From Alistipes sp. (GTDB lineage: Bacteria > Bacteroidota > Bacteroidia > Bacteroidales > Rikenellaceae): DNA of 64,000 nt. Made by a program: the position numbers and the translations under genes. This document shows, piece by piece, positions 19,846 to 29,811 of this stretch. Within the stretch, counting starts at the first letter, position 1. Every line of letters begins with the position of its first letter. The stretch spans positions 33,040 through 97,039 of the forward strand of contig JAZOVT010000093.1 in assembly GCA_045658845.1 (NCBI GenBank), in the 5' to 3' direction. The notes beneath the pieces were generated by a model, which saw only the letters and a program-made list of their open reading frames with translations, ran no database searches and was not told where the DNA came from.

Positions 19846-20106
19846 CTACTTGACGTCCATATTTGAGCGGAATCGCACATTACGACGGGCGGCAATTTTA
19901 ACAGACTCTCCCGTACGTGGATTTCGGCCAATTCTTTCCGACACTGGAGCAACAGAAAATACTCCAAAGCCCGAAATCACCACCTTTTCACCCTTATCTA
20001 ATGTAGATTCCGTCAAACGAAAAAGAGCATCAACTATAGACTTTACTTCTGTTTTGGAAGCAGACAATTCGTCTGCTATCGCATTGATTAATTGCGATTT
20101 ATTCAT
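19846..20106 (-). CDS. HU family DNA-binding protein
   Basis: MNKSQLI, GFGVF, GRNPRTGE. The C-terminal helix is short. Confidence 0.92.
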   Translation of the reverse strand: MNKSQLINAIADELSASKTEVKSIVDALFRLTESTLDKGEKVVISGFGVFSVAPVSERIGRNPRTGESVKIAARRNVRFRSNMDVK

Positions 20107-20264
20107 AATTATAGGCTTAATAGGTTAATATTTAGGTGTTAAATATATTACAAAATTAACACAAAAAAATTATTATCCAAATTTTTCGCTAATTATTTTT
20201 TCAGCCTGATAATTAGCGTGTTGCAAAAAAAGTAAAAAAATATTGCAAAAAAGTTCTTAAAAAA

Positions 20265-20296
20265 TTTGGATAATATAAAAAACCGCCGTACTTTTG
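20265..20296 (+). promoter_or_regulatory. Bacteroidetes housekeeping promoter of the tRNA
   Basis: TTTG (20265-68), 20 nt spacer, TACTTTTG (20289-96), matching the -33/-7 consensus. Confidence 0.8.
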
Positions 20297-20301
20297 TCGC
20301 T

Positions 20302-20386
20302 GGAGAGATGGCAGAGTGGTCGATTGCGGCGGTCTTGAAAACCGTTGAGCTGCGAGGCTCCGGGGGTTCGAATCCCTCTCTCTCCG
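20302..20386 (+). tRNA. tRNA-Ser (anticodon TGA)
   Basis: Acceptor GGAGAGA/TCTCTCC, anticodon loop CT-TGA-AA, long variable arm, GGTTCGAATCC T-loop, discriminator G. CCA is not encoded. Confidence 0.97.
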
Positions 20387-20394
20387 CAGCGACC

Positions 20395-20439
20395 AAGGCT
20401 TAACAAGTTGAACAACAACGAGTTAAGCCTTTTTCTTTT
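20395..20439 (+). terminator. tRNA terminator
   Basis: AAGGCTTAAC / GTTAAGCCTT stem followed by a T run. Confidence 0.85.
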
Positions 20440-20554
20440 ATTACCCCACTCAGGAAACCACCCAATATAAGCCAATAAGCAGGCCACAAACTGCGGCAAC
20501 AAAGTAAAAGATAGCGCGTTGTGACTTTACGGGCCTGGTAATGATACCAAAACA

Positions 20555-20590
20555 AACAGCCTCCCTTTTTTTTGAAAAAGGGAGGCTGTT
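20555..20590. terminator. Strong hairpin terminating the lipoprotein operon
   Basis: 16-bp perfect stem AACAGCCTCCCTTTTT / AAAAAGGGAGGCTGTT. Confidence 0.85.
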
Positions 20591-20636
20591 ATACTCATAG
20601 AGTTTATAGTACACTAAAACATAGGAAACATTGTCT

Positions 20637-22235
20637 CTAATCGTACTTAAGTTCAAAATCATCCAACCACAACACGCTCGACGTACTACCCGTAAAATAG
20701 TCACCATAACGCGAAGCAGAACATACTATAATAATATGAGTCGGTATGCGATTTGTCGCTCTGTACTCCAAGTCTATCTCAAATTCAGTCCAATCATTAA
20801 CGCTACTTGGCAATGGCATCTCTCCATATGCAATCACTGCATCATTGTTCGGGTCAAATAGAGTCTCCTCGATTCGGCGCGTAGCAATCTCCACAGGGCT
20901 ATCTTCTGAACCTCCGAATGTCGCAGCATCCCAACAACCCAATGCTATAAATATCATTCCGCAGTCGTTATCACCCTCCTTGATGGTTACACCTGGGGGT
21001 TGTGACGTTATGCGGTCTACGACACCACAATTATATTTCAACCATCCCTTAAGCGCTGTTGGTCGCAGATTAAACTTTCTACCAAAATTCACAATACCGT
21101 GCGTACCATCGTTCTTCACATACGAACCAATAAATAGGTTACCTGCTGCGAATTTTCCGACACCCATTGCACTCGCAAACATCGATGACAACCTTGCAGA
21201 GAGTGTTCCTGCTGAGCCAGGGCGCACTTCACTAACACCTTCGGTCAATGTAGCACCCACAATGCTCGCTCCGACATTACCCGTACCCCAATATGGAGCC
21301 TGGCCCTCTGCGTACGGATATACAATATTATTTTTTGTACACCAATTCTCAAAGCCTCCATTCTCCAACTCAGCTGTCGATTCGGTAACTAAAGTCACAA
21401 CAGGTGACAAATCATCATTTGAATATGCTACAAAATCGTACGAGGTTTGCGGAGTAAGGCCTTCTATCTTTACTCTGAATGTACCACCTTCAATAGTTGG
21501 GACAGGGGCATCGGACCACTCTTCTGTGCCACTTTTTCGATATCGGAATCCCACCTGATTACCCTCCTCTGCAGCACCATACAACCACGCTATGGTTGCC
21601 CACGCATCGGCTTGAGTAATCTGAGCCTTAACATCGGTATGCAACACATACAACTGCCAACGCTCGATGTTGTCACCAATAGCAGGATATTGTAAATAGA
21701 CATACCTCACCGACCTAAAATCGGTCAATTCCTCCAATGAGGGAGTCATTGTTGTCACATCCTTAGGACCAAGTTTTAGAGTCAAAACAGACACATTTGA
21801 CAAGTCTGTACTCTCTCCGACATAGGCAATTGCAGTACGATTAACTTCGTCAAATTCGGCCTGCCCGACCTGGCCCGCCACCGTAAAATAGCGTTCAATA
21901 GTTTGCTGAGCCTTTATAGTCCATACATAGTCTTGATACCGCGACAGAGTAACCTCAATAGGCGATTGCAGATTAAGTTCACCCGTCAAATTAATTGACA
22001 ACGTAGCCCCCTCTGTAACCTCTACTTTGGACACCTTTACTGCCGTCATATCCGTCTGTTCATCTAACGTCAGCAGAACCTCCTGCTTAGCAGGGTCTAT
22101 TGATGCGGTGAAGCCCTCACCCTCAAATGAGAGTATCTCCAACTTCTCCACAGGATAGGGGATTGTATTTTTAATACAACCCACCAATCCCACAGCCACT
22201 GCAATAGCACAAACTATGTATTTCAAATGACTCAT
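20637..22235 (-). CDS. Lipoprotein with Ig/Fn3-like repeats and C-terminal PCMD-like domain
   Basis: Lipobox LVGC; LENGGFENW...WGTGNVG, KFAAGNLFIG, SASRYGDYFTGS..S.LWLDDFEL. Confidence 0.75.
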   Translation of the reverse strand: MSHLKYIVCAIAVAVGLVGCIKNTIPYPVEKLEILSFEGEGFTASIDPAKQEVLLTLDEQTDMTAVKVSKVEVTEGATLSINLTGELNLQSPIEVTLSRYQDYVWTIKAQQTIERYFTVAGQVGQAEFDEVNRTAIAYVGESTDLSNVSVLTLKLGPKDVTTMTPSLEELTDFRSVRYVYLQYPAIGDNIERWQLYVLHTDVKAQITQADAWATIAWLYGAAEEGNQVGFRYRKSGTEEWSDAPVPTIEGGTFRVKIEGLTPQTSYDFVAYSNDDLSPVVTLVTESTAELENGGFENWCTKNNIVYPYAEGQAPYWGTGNVGASIVGATLTEGVSEVRPGSAGTLSARLSSMFASAMGVGKFAAGNLFIGSYVKNDGTHGIVNFGRKFNLRPTALKGWLKYNCGVVDRITSQPPGVTIKEGDNDCGMIFIALGCWDAATFGGSEDSPVEIATRRIEETLFDPNNDAVIAYGEMPLPSSVNDWTEFEIDLEYRATNRIPTHIIIVCSASRYGDYFTGSTSSVLWLDDFELKYD

Positions 22236-22247
22236 TCACTTACAAGA

Positions 22248-24446
22248 TTAATATACCCACTGGAAATCATCAACATACATAACACTCTTGTTACATCCGT
22301 TCATATAATCTCCAAATCGGCTTGTAGCCGCAGCGATAATCAACTTATATTTTTTACTTGGTTTTGTTACCTTATCGTAATACTTAATCGGGATTACCAA
22401 CTCTACCATCTGCGAGCCTGCGGTTGTACCCTGCGGATAAACTGCACCATAACCGATAACTTCACCAGCAGATACAGAGTTAATACCATTCTCTGGCGAC
22501 CATACACCTGTAGGACTATCAGCACCCGAAGTCACCTTATGTTGTGTATCCCAATTAATGATACTACAATATATAGATGCCTGGTCAGGGCTACCTTTAG
22601 GAATGTCAGAAGAGTACTTTGTAGTTGTTACATTACCCAACTCGTGTCTTACCTTCAATTTAATTGCTGTCGGACGTGCCGCCCACGGATAATCTACACC
22701 AAACGATACTGTTCCCGCGAAACCATCCATCGCAAATGTACCTGTAAACAAGTTTCCAGATGCCAACATACCCAGTGTCTCAGATGCCTCCAATTTTGCA
22801 CAATAACTACCCTGCTGACCTGCATAAGTAGATTGAACACACAACTCCTTCTTATAACCATTGTTACCACTTCCCCAGAATGGAGCATTAGTATTAGACG
22901 TCCCCCAACAAGAGAGAGAGGTATTCTCAAAAGTAGCATCAGTAATAGTCTGGCCGCCCGTTGTCGCATACTCTACAATAGGACCATACGCCACATCATT
23001 CAATACCAATTGACACTCATAAGTGCTATTGGCAAAAATGCTCTTATCGGAATTAGGATAATATACTGTATAACCTTTATCATTTTTACCCTCAGTCCAC
23101 TGAGCGCTTGACGTTACAGTAAAGTTATTTCCAGAAGATAAAGAACCTGCCGAAGTGATAACCCATTCTGATGTTCCTTTTCTGCGATATTGCACCTTTA
23201 CACTCGGGAGTGATGCATCGGTTACAACTGCATTAAAAGTTGCTGTATTAAGCCACAAATCAGCCGTTGTCGCAGTTATATCAAGTCCTTGGTTCTTGAA
23301 CTCAATCTTATTATCACCAACTCCACCATTTGTATCCTCAGCCTTGAATGTAATGTTTTGCATACCTCCATTAATTTGGGCAAAGAATTCATCGCTTACC
23401 GTAATAGTAATTTTCTTACCATCATCCTCACTCGCAAACTCAAAATCGGTCAATGCCTGCGCTGCAACATCCTTATTCCATATTTCTTGATACTCACCAG
23501 CACCAACTTTTACTGAAATTTTTTGAAGAGGATGTATTGACTGAACGGTAACAGATACCGGTTGACCTGCCTGATATGTCAAGACTCCACCGTCTGTAGT
23601 CAAACCTCCAGCAGGAGCCTCAAATTCTGGCTGAGGCTTGAATGACATAAAATCATCATAACCCTGAACCTTCTGCTCAACCAATACCGTAAGAACGATA
23701 GTACCATCGAGAGCCTTTGAGAATACAAACTTCAGTTTATAAGCCTTACCCTTTCCCACTTCTACTTCGCCACTCTTATCAATCGACGTCTTGGTACCAT
23801 CTTTCGCAGTATGCGTACCCTTGAAACTCCAAGCAACGGTATTGTCTGCGACATTACCATCCTCATCCTCCGAAAGTAGGAAATAGCAAGAATCGTTAAT
23901 CTCAGGCATCAGACTTTGTTCGCCTAATGCCACGCCAATTTCGGCATCGCTGATTCTTGCATTATCGCCAGCAGACTCATCGAAAACAACATCTACCTTT
24001 ACATTCTCTGCCAAACAATTCACGGTAACAGGTATTGTTTGTCCTGCGGTTACAGTAAACGGCTGTGCTCCCGTATAATACAACTTGCTCAACACATCCT
24101 CATTCTGCTGAAGAGATGAAGCAGTAAAACCATCACCAAACTTATCACCAACCTCTACGGTTGCTTTATAATTGCCTGCAATAAGATATAAATCTTCGAT
24201 AGGATACTCCTGATATACACGAATTAGTTTATCTTCACCATTTGTTCCTACCTGATATACTCTAACGATTATATCTTCAGGCATAGTATCGCCTGCGCGA
24301 GTAGAGTTTGACATTGCAATGTTAAACTTCACACAACCTTCGGTTTCATCAGCACCACCGTCGAATGCAGGATTAATCTCCTTTTGACAAGCGAGAGCCA
24401 ATGTGGCCACGCTTACCATCAATACATATCTAAATATCTTTTTCAT
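22248..24446 (-). CDS. Pilin-like (DUF4493-like) lipoprotein with C-terminal PCMD-like domain
   Basis: Lipobox ALAC, STRA motif, YLIAGNYKA, VNCLAENVKV; C-terminal WGSGN, LASGNLFTG, TSRFGDYMNG..MYVDDF. Confidence 0.7.
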   Translation of the reverse strand: MKKIFRYVLMVSVATLALACQKEINPAFDGGADETEGCVKFNIAMSNSTRAGDTMPEDIIVRVYQVGTNGEDKLIRVYQEYPIEDLYLIAGNYKATVEVGDKFGDGFTASSLQQNEDVLSKLYYTGAQPFTVTAGQTIPVTVNCLAENVKVDVVFDESAGDNARISDAEIGVALGEQSLMPEINDSCYFLLSEDEDGNVADNTVAWSFKGTHTAKDGTKTSIDKSGEVEVGKGKAYKLKFVFSKALDGTIVLTVLVEQKVQGYDDFMSFKPQPEFEAPAGGLTTDGGVLTYQAGQPVSVTVQSIHPLQKISVKVGAGEYQEIWNKDVAAQALTDFEFASEDDGKKITITVSDEFFAQINGGMQNITFKAEDTNGGVGDNKIEFKNQGLDITATTADLWLNTATFNAVVTDASLPSVKVQYRRKGTSEWVITSAGSLSSGNNFTVTSSAQWTEGKNDKGYTVYYPNSDKSIFANSTYECQLVLNDVAYGPIVEYATTGGQTITDATFENTSLSCWGTSNTNAPFWGSGNNGYKKELCVQSTYAGQQGSYCAKLEASETLGMLASGNLFTGTFAMDGFAGTVSFGVDYPWAARPTAIKLKVRHELGNVTTTKYSSDIPKGSPDQASIYCSIINWDTQHKVTSGADSPTGVWSPENGINSVSAGEVIGYGAVYPQGTTAGSQMVELVIPIKYYDKVTKPSKKYKLIIAAATSRFGDYMNGCNKSVMYVDDFQWVY

Positions 24447-24461
24447 AGTGCGTATTCTTTA

Positions 24462-26552
24462 TTAATTATCTTCAGTGCTTGCTGGTTTATCAACATAGAA
24501 CATCAATGTCTTCTTCGTTTCACCGTTAGCATCACCTACTGTAATCTTGAAATCACAATTATCCGAAGCGGGGAATATGCCATACAGCATACCCATAAAT
24601 CCTGAGATATCAAATGATGCCTCCAATTCACCTCGACACGAAGTCTGACCTTGTTTCAAGAATCCTAAGCCCTGCAAAGCGCCAACCTGGTCTTCTGTCG
24701 GATTAATCAAGTCGATATGACTACCAAGACCTACGCCTTGCAACTCAGCATCAGTCAAAACTGTACTAACAATATCTACTTCCAACGTAGTAAAGCCTGT
24801 TTCTGATGCCATATCTATCTTACACTCAAATGTTGCTGCATTTGCCGCATTCAGGGTATGGCGCTCATCAATAACGTTTTCACCATCCTTCATCCATACG
24901 ATAGTCGGAGGTGTCCCACTTCCACTACCCTTCGTTACGGTAATAATAATATCTGTATGTTTCTTACGATTTTCGCTATCAACAGTATAAACGCTCACCG
25001 TATGAGTTCCTGCATACTTATACAATGCACTCATACCAGCAGCCTTAACCGTAATAAGTTTCTCGCCAGCAGCGCCATCAGTCACATCTTTAACTGAAAG
25101 ATAATCCGACACATTGCCACCTTCGGCAACTGCCGCAACATCAGAATATATATTCATACGATAGTCTGCAAAACCCTTACTTATCATAGCCGACAAGAAA
25201 CTTGCATTATCTGATGCAAAAGTTGCATAGACCTCTTTAACTGTGCTACCCGCTTGCGGCACAACATTTACCTTCAGATATGAGTTCCAGCCCTCGGCAT
25301 CAGCATCGTACATAGAGCCATTGATTGCGTAATTCAAAGCACCATTTTCGTCTGCAACAACATTCTTAATACTAATAGATGGAGCATCGGGATTCTCAAC
25401 ACCTACATCAGGAACCTCCTCCTCTATATTGAGAGACGAATACAATGTTACAACATCAACATCTATTGTTTTATCATATACATAACTTTCAATAGTTACC
25501 ACAAACTGAACATTACCCTCATTATTGCGGTCGATATCGATTGAAATTCTACGCCATTGAGCAGCCTTAACATCTGTAATTTCGCGATGCATTGACACCT
25601 CGGCCCATTTAGACTCATCAATACGGTTGTTATCTAATTCAAACTCCAGACCTGTATAGAAAGTACCCGACATATCGAGAACAAGTTTATTACCACTTGT
25701 CGATAACGGGCCTGCCAAATCCTTGAAATATACAAATGGGCCACCGCCAATAACCTTCCCGTCATTATCAACTACACCGTGATTTGATGTATATGGGAAA
25801 GTATATCTATATTTCTCGGGATTAGTTTTGGCATCTGCAGGAGCCTCTGCCTCGTTCGCTGCCGCAATAGCCACCTGCGTACTCAACATTGTTGCACCAT
25901 TGGCATCTCTCTTGAACCAACGAATCAAATCCGCAGACAACTCTACGGTAGTTATAACATTCGCCAACTTACAAACTACTTCTACACTTGTTGGCTGGCC
26001 CGATGTGATAGTTGCACGCGCAGAACCCATATAATATGCCAATACCTTACCCTCGGCAGGTTGTTGGCCCGACACATCGGCAATCATTGCCTCTATATCA
26101 CTTCCCTTATCCTTGGTTTTATATGCATAAACCGTATATCCACCTGGCTCTAAAGCAACGCCGTCTGTTGGAAAATCCTTAAAATAGCATCCTACGCCCT
26201 CTGCATCGCCATTGATATCCACCAATGTCCCTGCTATTTCATCATAAACCTCAATCCAATAATTATCAACATTTTCTACGATATTATTGGGATTAGGTAC
26301 ATCGTACAATCGATTCGTTGATTCTTGATTCTCTTCGTCTGCACGTGTAGAAGCATTAGCATCGGTATTTAAGTCAACGCCTTCATTATTGACATTCAGC
26401 ATCAACGACTTGAGTTGCAGATAACCGACTTCTCCATTTTCTTGCCCAGCCCCGAGGTCATCACCTCTCAACTCGTCAAGGTGACAAGAGGCAAGCGACA
26501 ATGCCGCCACCATCAGTAGCAAGCATCCGACATAATGTTTTACTCTATTCAT
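24462..26552 (-). CDS. Pilin-like (DUF4493-like) lipoprotein
   Basis: Lipobox LASC, GYLQL, STRA, LEPGGYTVYA, YYMG, VVCKLANV. Confidence 0.7.
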   Translation of the reverse strand: MNRVKHYVGCLLLMVAALSLASCHLDELRGDDLGAGQENGEVGYLQLKSLMLNVNNEGVDLNTDANASTRADEENQESTNRLYDVPNPNNIVENVDNYWIEVYDEIAGTLVDINGDAEGVGCYFKDFPTDGVALEPGGYTVYAYKTKDKGSDIEAMIADVSGQQPAEGKVLAYYMGSARATITSGQPTSVEVVCKLANVITTVELSADLIRWFKRDANGATMLSTQVAIAAANEAEAPADAKTNPEKYRYTFPYTSNHGVVDNDGKVIGGGPFVYFKDLAGPLSTSGNKLVLDMSGTFYTGLEFELDNNRIDESKWAEVSMHREITDVKAAQWRRISIDIDRNNEGNVQFVVTIESYVYDKTIDVDVVTLYSSLNIEEEVPDVGVENPDAPSISIKNVVADENGALNYAINGSMYDADAEGWNSYLKVNVVPQAGSTVKEVYATFASDNASFLSAMISKGFADYRMNIYSDVAAVAEGGNVSDYLSVKDVTDGAAGEKLITVKAAGMSALYKYAGTHTVSVYTVDSENRKKHTDIIITVTKGSGSGTPPTIVWMKDGENVIDERHTLNAANAATFECKIDMASETGFTTLEVDIVSTVLTDAELQGVGLGSHIDLINPTEDQVGALQGLGFLKQGQTSCRGELEASFDISGFMGMLYGIFPASDNCDFKITVGDANGETKKTLMFYVDKPASTEDN

Positions 26553-26578
26553 ATCTATACTTTTTATTTTATTCGCTA

Positions 26579-27496
26579 TTATATAGTCTCTTCGCTATCG
26601 TCCTCCTCTTCGTCTGGAGCATTTAACTCAATATCAACCTCATTGATTTCGGTATAGTCATTACCCAAAGTGATTGTAATACCACTTCCACCAGCAGTTG
26701 AGTGGTCCACGATAATATTGTAGTGAGTATCTTTCTGCAATGGAATATCAGTATCAGCATCTAACTTTAACTCTGTTTCTGGAAACTCCACCTCCACGCC
26801 ATTCTGCTTGGTTGCCGAGCCACTAAACTTCAACTTTTGACCAGCATTAACAAAAATCAAAGGAGAAACCTCGCCAGCCATAGTAGGATTATAAGTCCAC
26901 GAATTAGACGCTGAATGAATAGTGAGGGTTACATCTGAATAATATTTCATAAACATCTCTGTAACATTCAACGTAAAACAGCAATTTGCCAAAGAGAGTG
27001 TAATATTTGCTTGTGTCGTAACACCCGCAATAACTTCTATCGTATTATTGTAGGCACCACCTTTGAAATATGGATTTGCCTCTCCCTCAATTACATTACC
27101 TGCATTATCACGTAGTGGCTTATTCTCCAACTCGGCTGAATACATTCCTTGATTCAACTTGATGTCACCATCATTATAGGCTTGGAGTGTTGTCCAACTA
27201 CCTGTGTACGATACCATATCCACCACATCTTTTGTTTTGGGGTCATCATACTCACCTGTAATCTTAACCTGTAAGGCTGTATTCAAGTTCTGCTTCTTCG
27301 GTATCAACTCGTCTGGCAACTTATAACCCGATGTCGCGCGAGTTGTAACATCGTCAATGTCGGCATCCACCGAACAAGTAAATTCAATCTGACCCTCGCC
27401 CATTTTAGGTTTTGAGCCCTCATCATTGATGCTACAAGCAACCATCATAGTCGAAGCCGCCATAGCAAAAGCAATGTGTTTTAATAGTGTTTTCAT
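26579..27496 (-). CDS. Pilin-like (DUF4493-like) lipoprotein
   Basis: Lipobox MVAC, GEGQI, TTRA, GEANPYFKG, LSLAN; acidic tail. Confidence 0.7.
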   Translation of the reverse strand: MKTLLKHIAFAMAASTMMVACSINDEGSKPKMGEGQIEFTCSVDADIDDVTTRATSGYKLPDELIPKKQNLNTALQVKITGEYDDPKTKDVVDMVSYTGSWTTLQAYNDGDIKLNQGMYSAELENKPLRDNAGNVIEGEANPYFKGGAYNNTIEVIAGVTTQANITLSLANCCFTLNVTEMFMKYYSDVTLTIHSASNSWTYNPTMAGEVSPLIFVNAGQKLKFSGSATKQNGVEVEFPETELKLDADTDIPLQKDTHYNIIVDHSTAGGSGITITLGNDYTEINEVDIELNAPDEEEDDSEETI

Positions 27497-27528
27497 ATTT
27501 ATATTGATTTTTAATTTATTTATCCTTT

Positions 27529-29574
27529 TTAATTTTGATGATTCGGGAAGAATGTTCGATAATTTAAGTCAATATGTTTTACAGGGACTTCTCCTAATGA
27601 TACTTTTATATTATCAATATATAACCAATAACTACCATTACCTGCGAATTCTCCATCTTTATTATTTGTTACCGACCACGACAAACGAGTTTTATTCGTA
27701 CAACTTGTTATTACACCACCTGTAGAATGGCGCATATCTGCGGAGTAAATGGCTGTGTTATTTGCATTTCCATCTATATCTATCGCTTGAGAATTAATTA
27801 TAACATTTGCAACATTGTCTGTAACATTTATTGCTGACTCTTCATTTCCTGTTATAGTTGTATAGCCAAATGTAACAACAGGTTTTCCTGATTTAGAACC
27901 AGCCTCATTATATCTATCTCCTAAATAATCGTATCTAACATACGCTTTCGCATTAGCACCATCACTCATTCTCGACATTCTTTTACTATCAACTCTCCCG
28001 GGGTTTCTATTAGGAATCCATATACCGCTCTCAATTCGAGAATGTATTCTCATAGACTGTTTTGCAGAAACTCCAACACGACCGCCACTCCATCCTGTAA
28101 GATAAGGGTCATATTCCGTTAACATTTTCGCAGCAGGGTCCAAAGTATCACTAGTATTATCTACAGAATTATATTCAAACGACTGTGTTGTATTTAAGAA
28201 ATCTTCAAAAAACAGATATGGCAACGCGAAATTTAATGTATAATTTCCTCCTGTAGATAGAGTCGAAGGAATAGTCATCATCACCTCGTTATGGCTCACA
28301 TCGGCACTTTTCGACGCAAAGCCTACACGTATAGTCTTGCCTGGCAATTCCGTATTCAGTTCACCTGCCTCATAATAAAACTTTGCTACGAATGTTCCGT
28401 CCAACGCATTAACGACATTATCACTTTCTCCTACTGCAACAATACCTGCAGGCCACTCTTTGACATACATAGCATTAGGAGCCTCACCTAAGAAATTGGG
28501 ATAAGAGGTATTGTCGGGACACTTGAACGTAATCGTCACAGGAGTAAGTACCTTTGGTATAGTCAGAGTAAAAGGTGTGATATGTTGTGCCTGAAAATTA
28601 TGATTTGACAACGTTGTTGAAATCATTTGGCTTGGCTCACCTAGAAGATTATAGGCTCTAAACTTCACATCACCACTCATTACGCCTGGCTTTATAAACA
28701 CCCACACATAGCGGCCACTGGCATTCAGCGGATTGTTATCCATCTGGATTGTAACCTTATTTGTTTGCCCACTCCACGCAGGTGCTACATCCGGACGAGC
28801 CGCATCGAATGAGACCGTACCGCCAACCACATTATCGGGAAAAGTAATTTCGAGACGGCTAATTTCACGAAGCATTAAATTACGATTTGCAGGGACATAT
28901 ATACGCAAAACGTGCATAATATGTTCAAATGACAATATTGGCTCTGGCCAAACGGGGGTACTCATCTGATTAGGAGTACGCCCTACCAAAGCATTACCTC
29001 GTGCTGATGCGCGCATAACATCCCAGGCGCTATTGAAATCACCGCTCTGTGTCGCAGACAAATTAAAACTAACCTGCGTTCCAGAGACCGATGATGGCAC
29101 AGGATATACGGCATAATAATCGAACGTATTTTGCTCTGCCATCGGTTTGGACAATGTAGCCGCAAAATCGGCAGACGAGAATGTAGAATTATAATGGTCT
29201 AAACTGAATGTTACAGCATTAAAGCCATCTGCATAATTAGTCGATGACTCGCCCCCTGTTCCAACAGGAGCCGCCCACGCTAAAAATTTATCATTATCGG
29301 ACCATCTAATAGGCTGTGTGCTATTTTCTGCACCATCGCCAACTTCGCCCATTTGCGTACGTGTTATACCGTCTGCCTCTCCAACATTAATCGCTACATC
29401 TTCGACAAAAAACACATTCTGCTCATCGGCTCGGGTATCGACACCTTGAGATGCGTGCACATAGACTTTACATAAGGCTGAAGGCCTTACGCTATTGCTC
29501 TCCTCGTTTGAATTACACGCCCATAAAGCGAATACCGAGAGTAGTAATATGTAATTTCTAAATCGCACGTTCAC
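27529..29574 (-). CDS. Fimbrillin-like lipoprotein (GTG start) with extra C-terminal domain
   Basis: Lipobox LWAC, DTRA and ITRT, WSDND, YYAVYP, LSATQSG, LSFEHIMHVLRI. Confidence 0.7.
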   Translation of the reverse strand: MNVRFRNYILLLSVFALWACNSNEESNSVRPSALCKVYVHASQGVDTRADEQNVFFVEDVAINVGEADGITRTQMGEVGDGAENSTQPIRWSDNDKFLAWAAPVGTGGESSTNYADGFNAVTFSLDHYNSTFSSADFAATLSKPMAEQNTFDYYAVYPVPSSVSGTQVSFNLSATQSGDFNSAWDVMRASARGNALVGRTPNQMSTPVWPEPILSFEHIMHVLRIYVPANRNLMLREISRLEITFPDNVVGGTVSFDAARPDVAPAWSGQTNKVTIQMDNNPLNASGRYVWVFIKPGVMSGDVKFRAYNLLGEPSQMISTTLSNHNFQAQHITPFTLTIPKVLTPVTITFKCPDNTSYPNFLGEAPNAMYVKEWPAGIVAVGESDNVVNALDGTFVAKFYYEAGELNTELPGKTIRVGFASKSADVSHNEVMMTIPSTLSTGGNYTLNFALPYLFFEDFLNTTQSFEYNSVDNTSDTLDPAAKMLTEYDPYLTGWSGGRVGVSAKQSMRIHSRIESGIWIPNRNPGRVDSKRMSRMSDGANAKAYVRYDYLGDRYNEAGSKSGKPVVTFGYTTITGNEESAINVTDNVANVIINSQAIDIDGNANNTAIYSADMRHSTGGVITSCTNKTRLSWSVTNNKDGEFAGNGSYWLYIDNIKVSLGEVPVKHIDLNYRTFFPNHQN

Positions 29575-29594
29575 TCGTTTGTATAATTAGCATA

Positions 29595-29780
29595 CAAAAA
29601 TATTAACTCTTTATCGGTACAAAAAATAAATTCAACCAATCGCATTTATTTAATCACGAATTAACTCACTGCCAACATTAACTGCGTATTACTTAAATCG
29701 TTGGCTTTACACCATTCATTATAAAAATATCTATTTTCGTTGAATTTTTATCTTGTGAGTCGCCATTTTACCTATATTTG
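29595..29780. promoter_or_regulatory. Divergent promoters with a shared upstream element
   Basis: -7 boxes TATTTTTG (minus, 29595-602) and TATATTTG (plus, 29773-780); 15/19 inverted repeat at 29618-36 and 29739-57. Confidence 0.6.
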
Positions 29781-29811
29781 TAACATCCAATTAAGTTATA
29801 TAATTCAGCAT

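Noticed and set aside
20302-20386. tRNA with 'TGA' anticodon as a suppressor of the TGA at 501
   Set aside because: Anticodon UGA reads the Ser codon UCA. An opal suppressor would need anticodon UCA.
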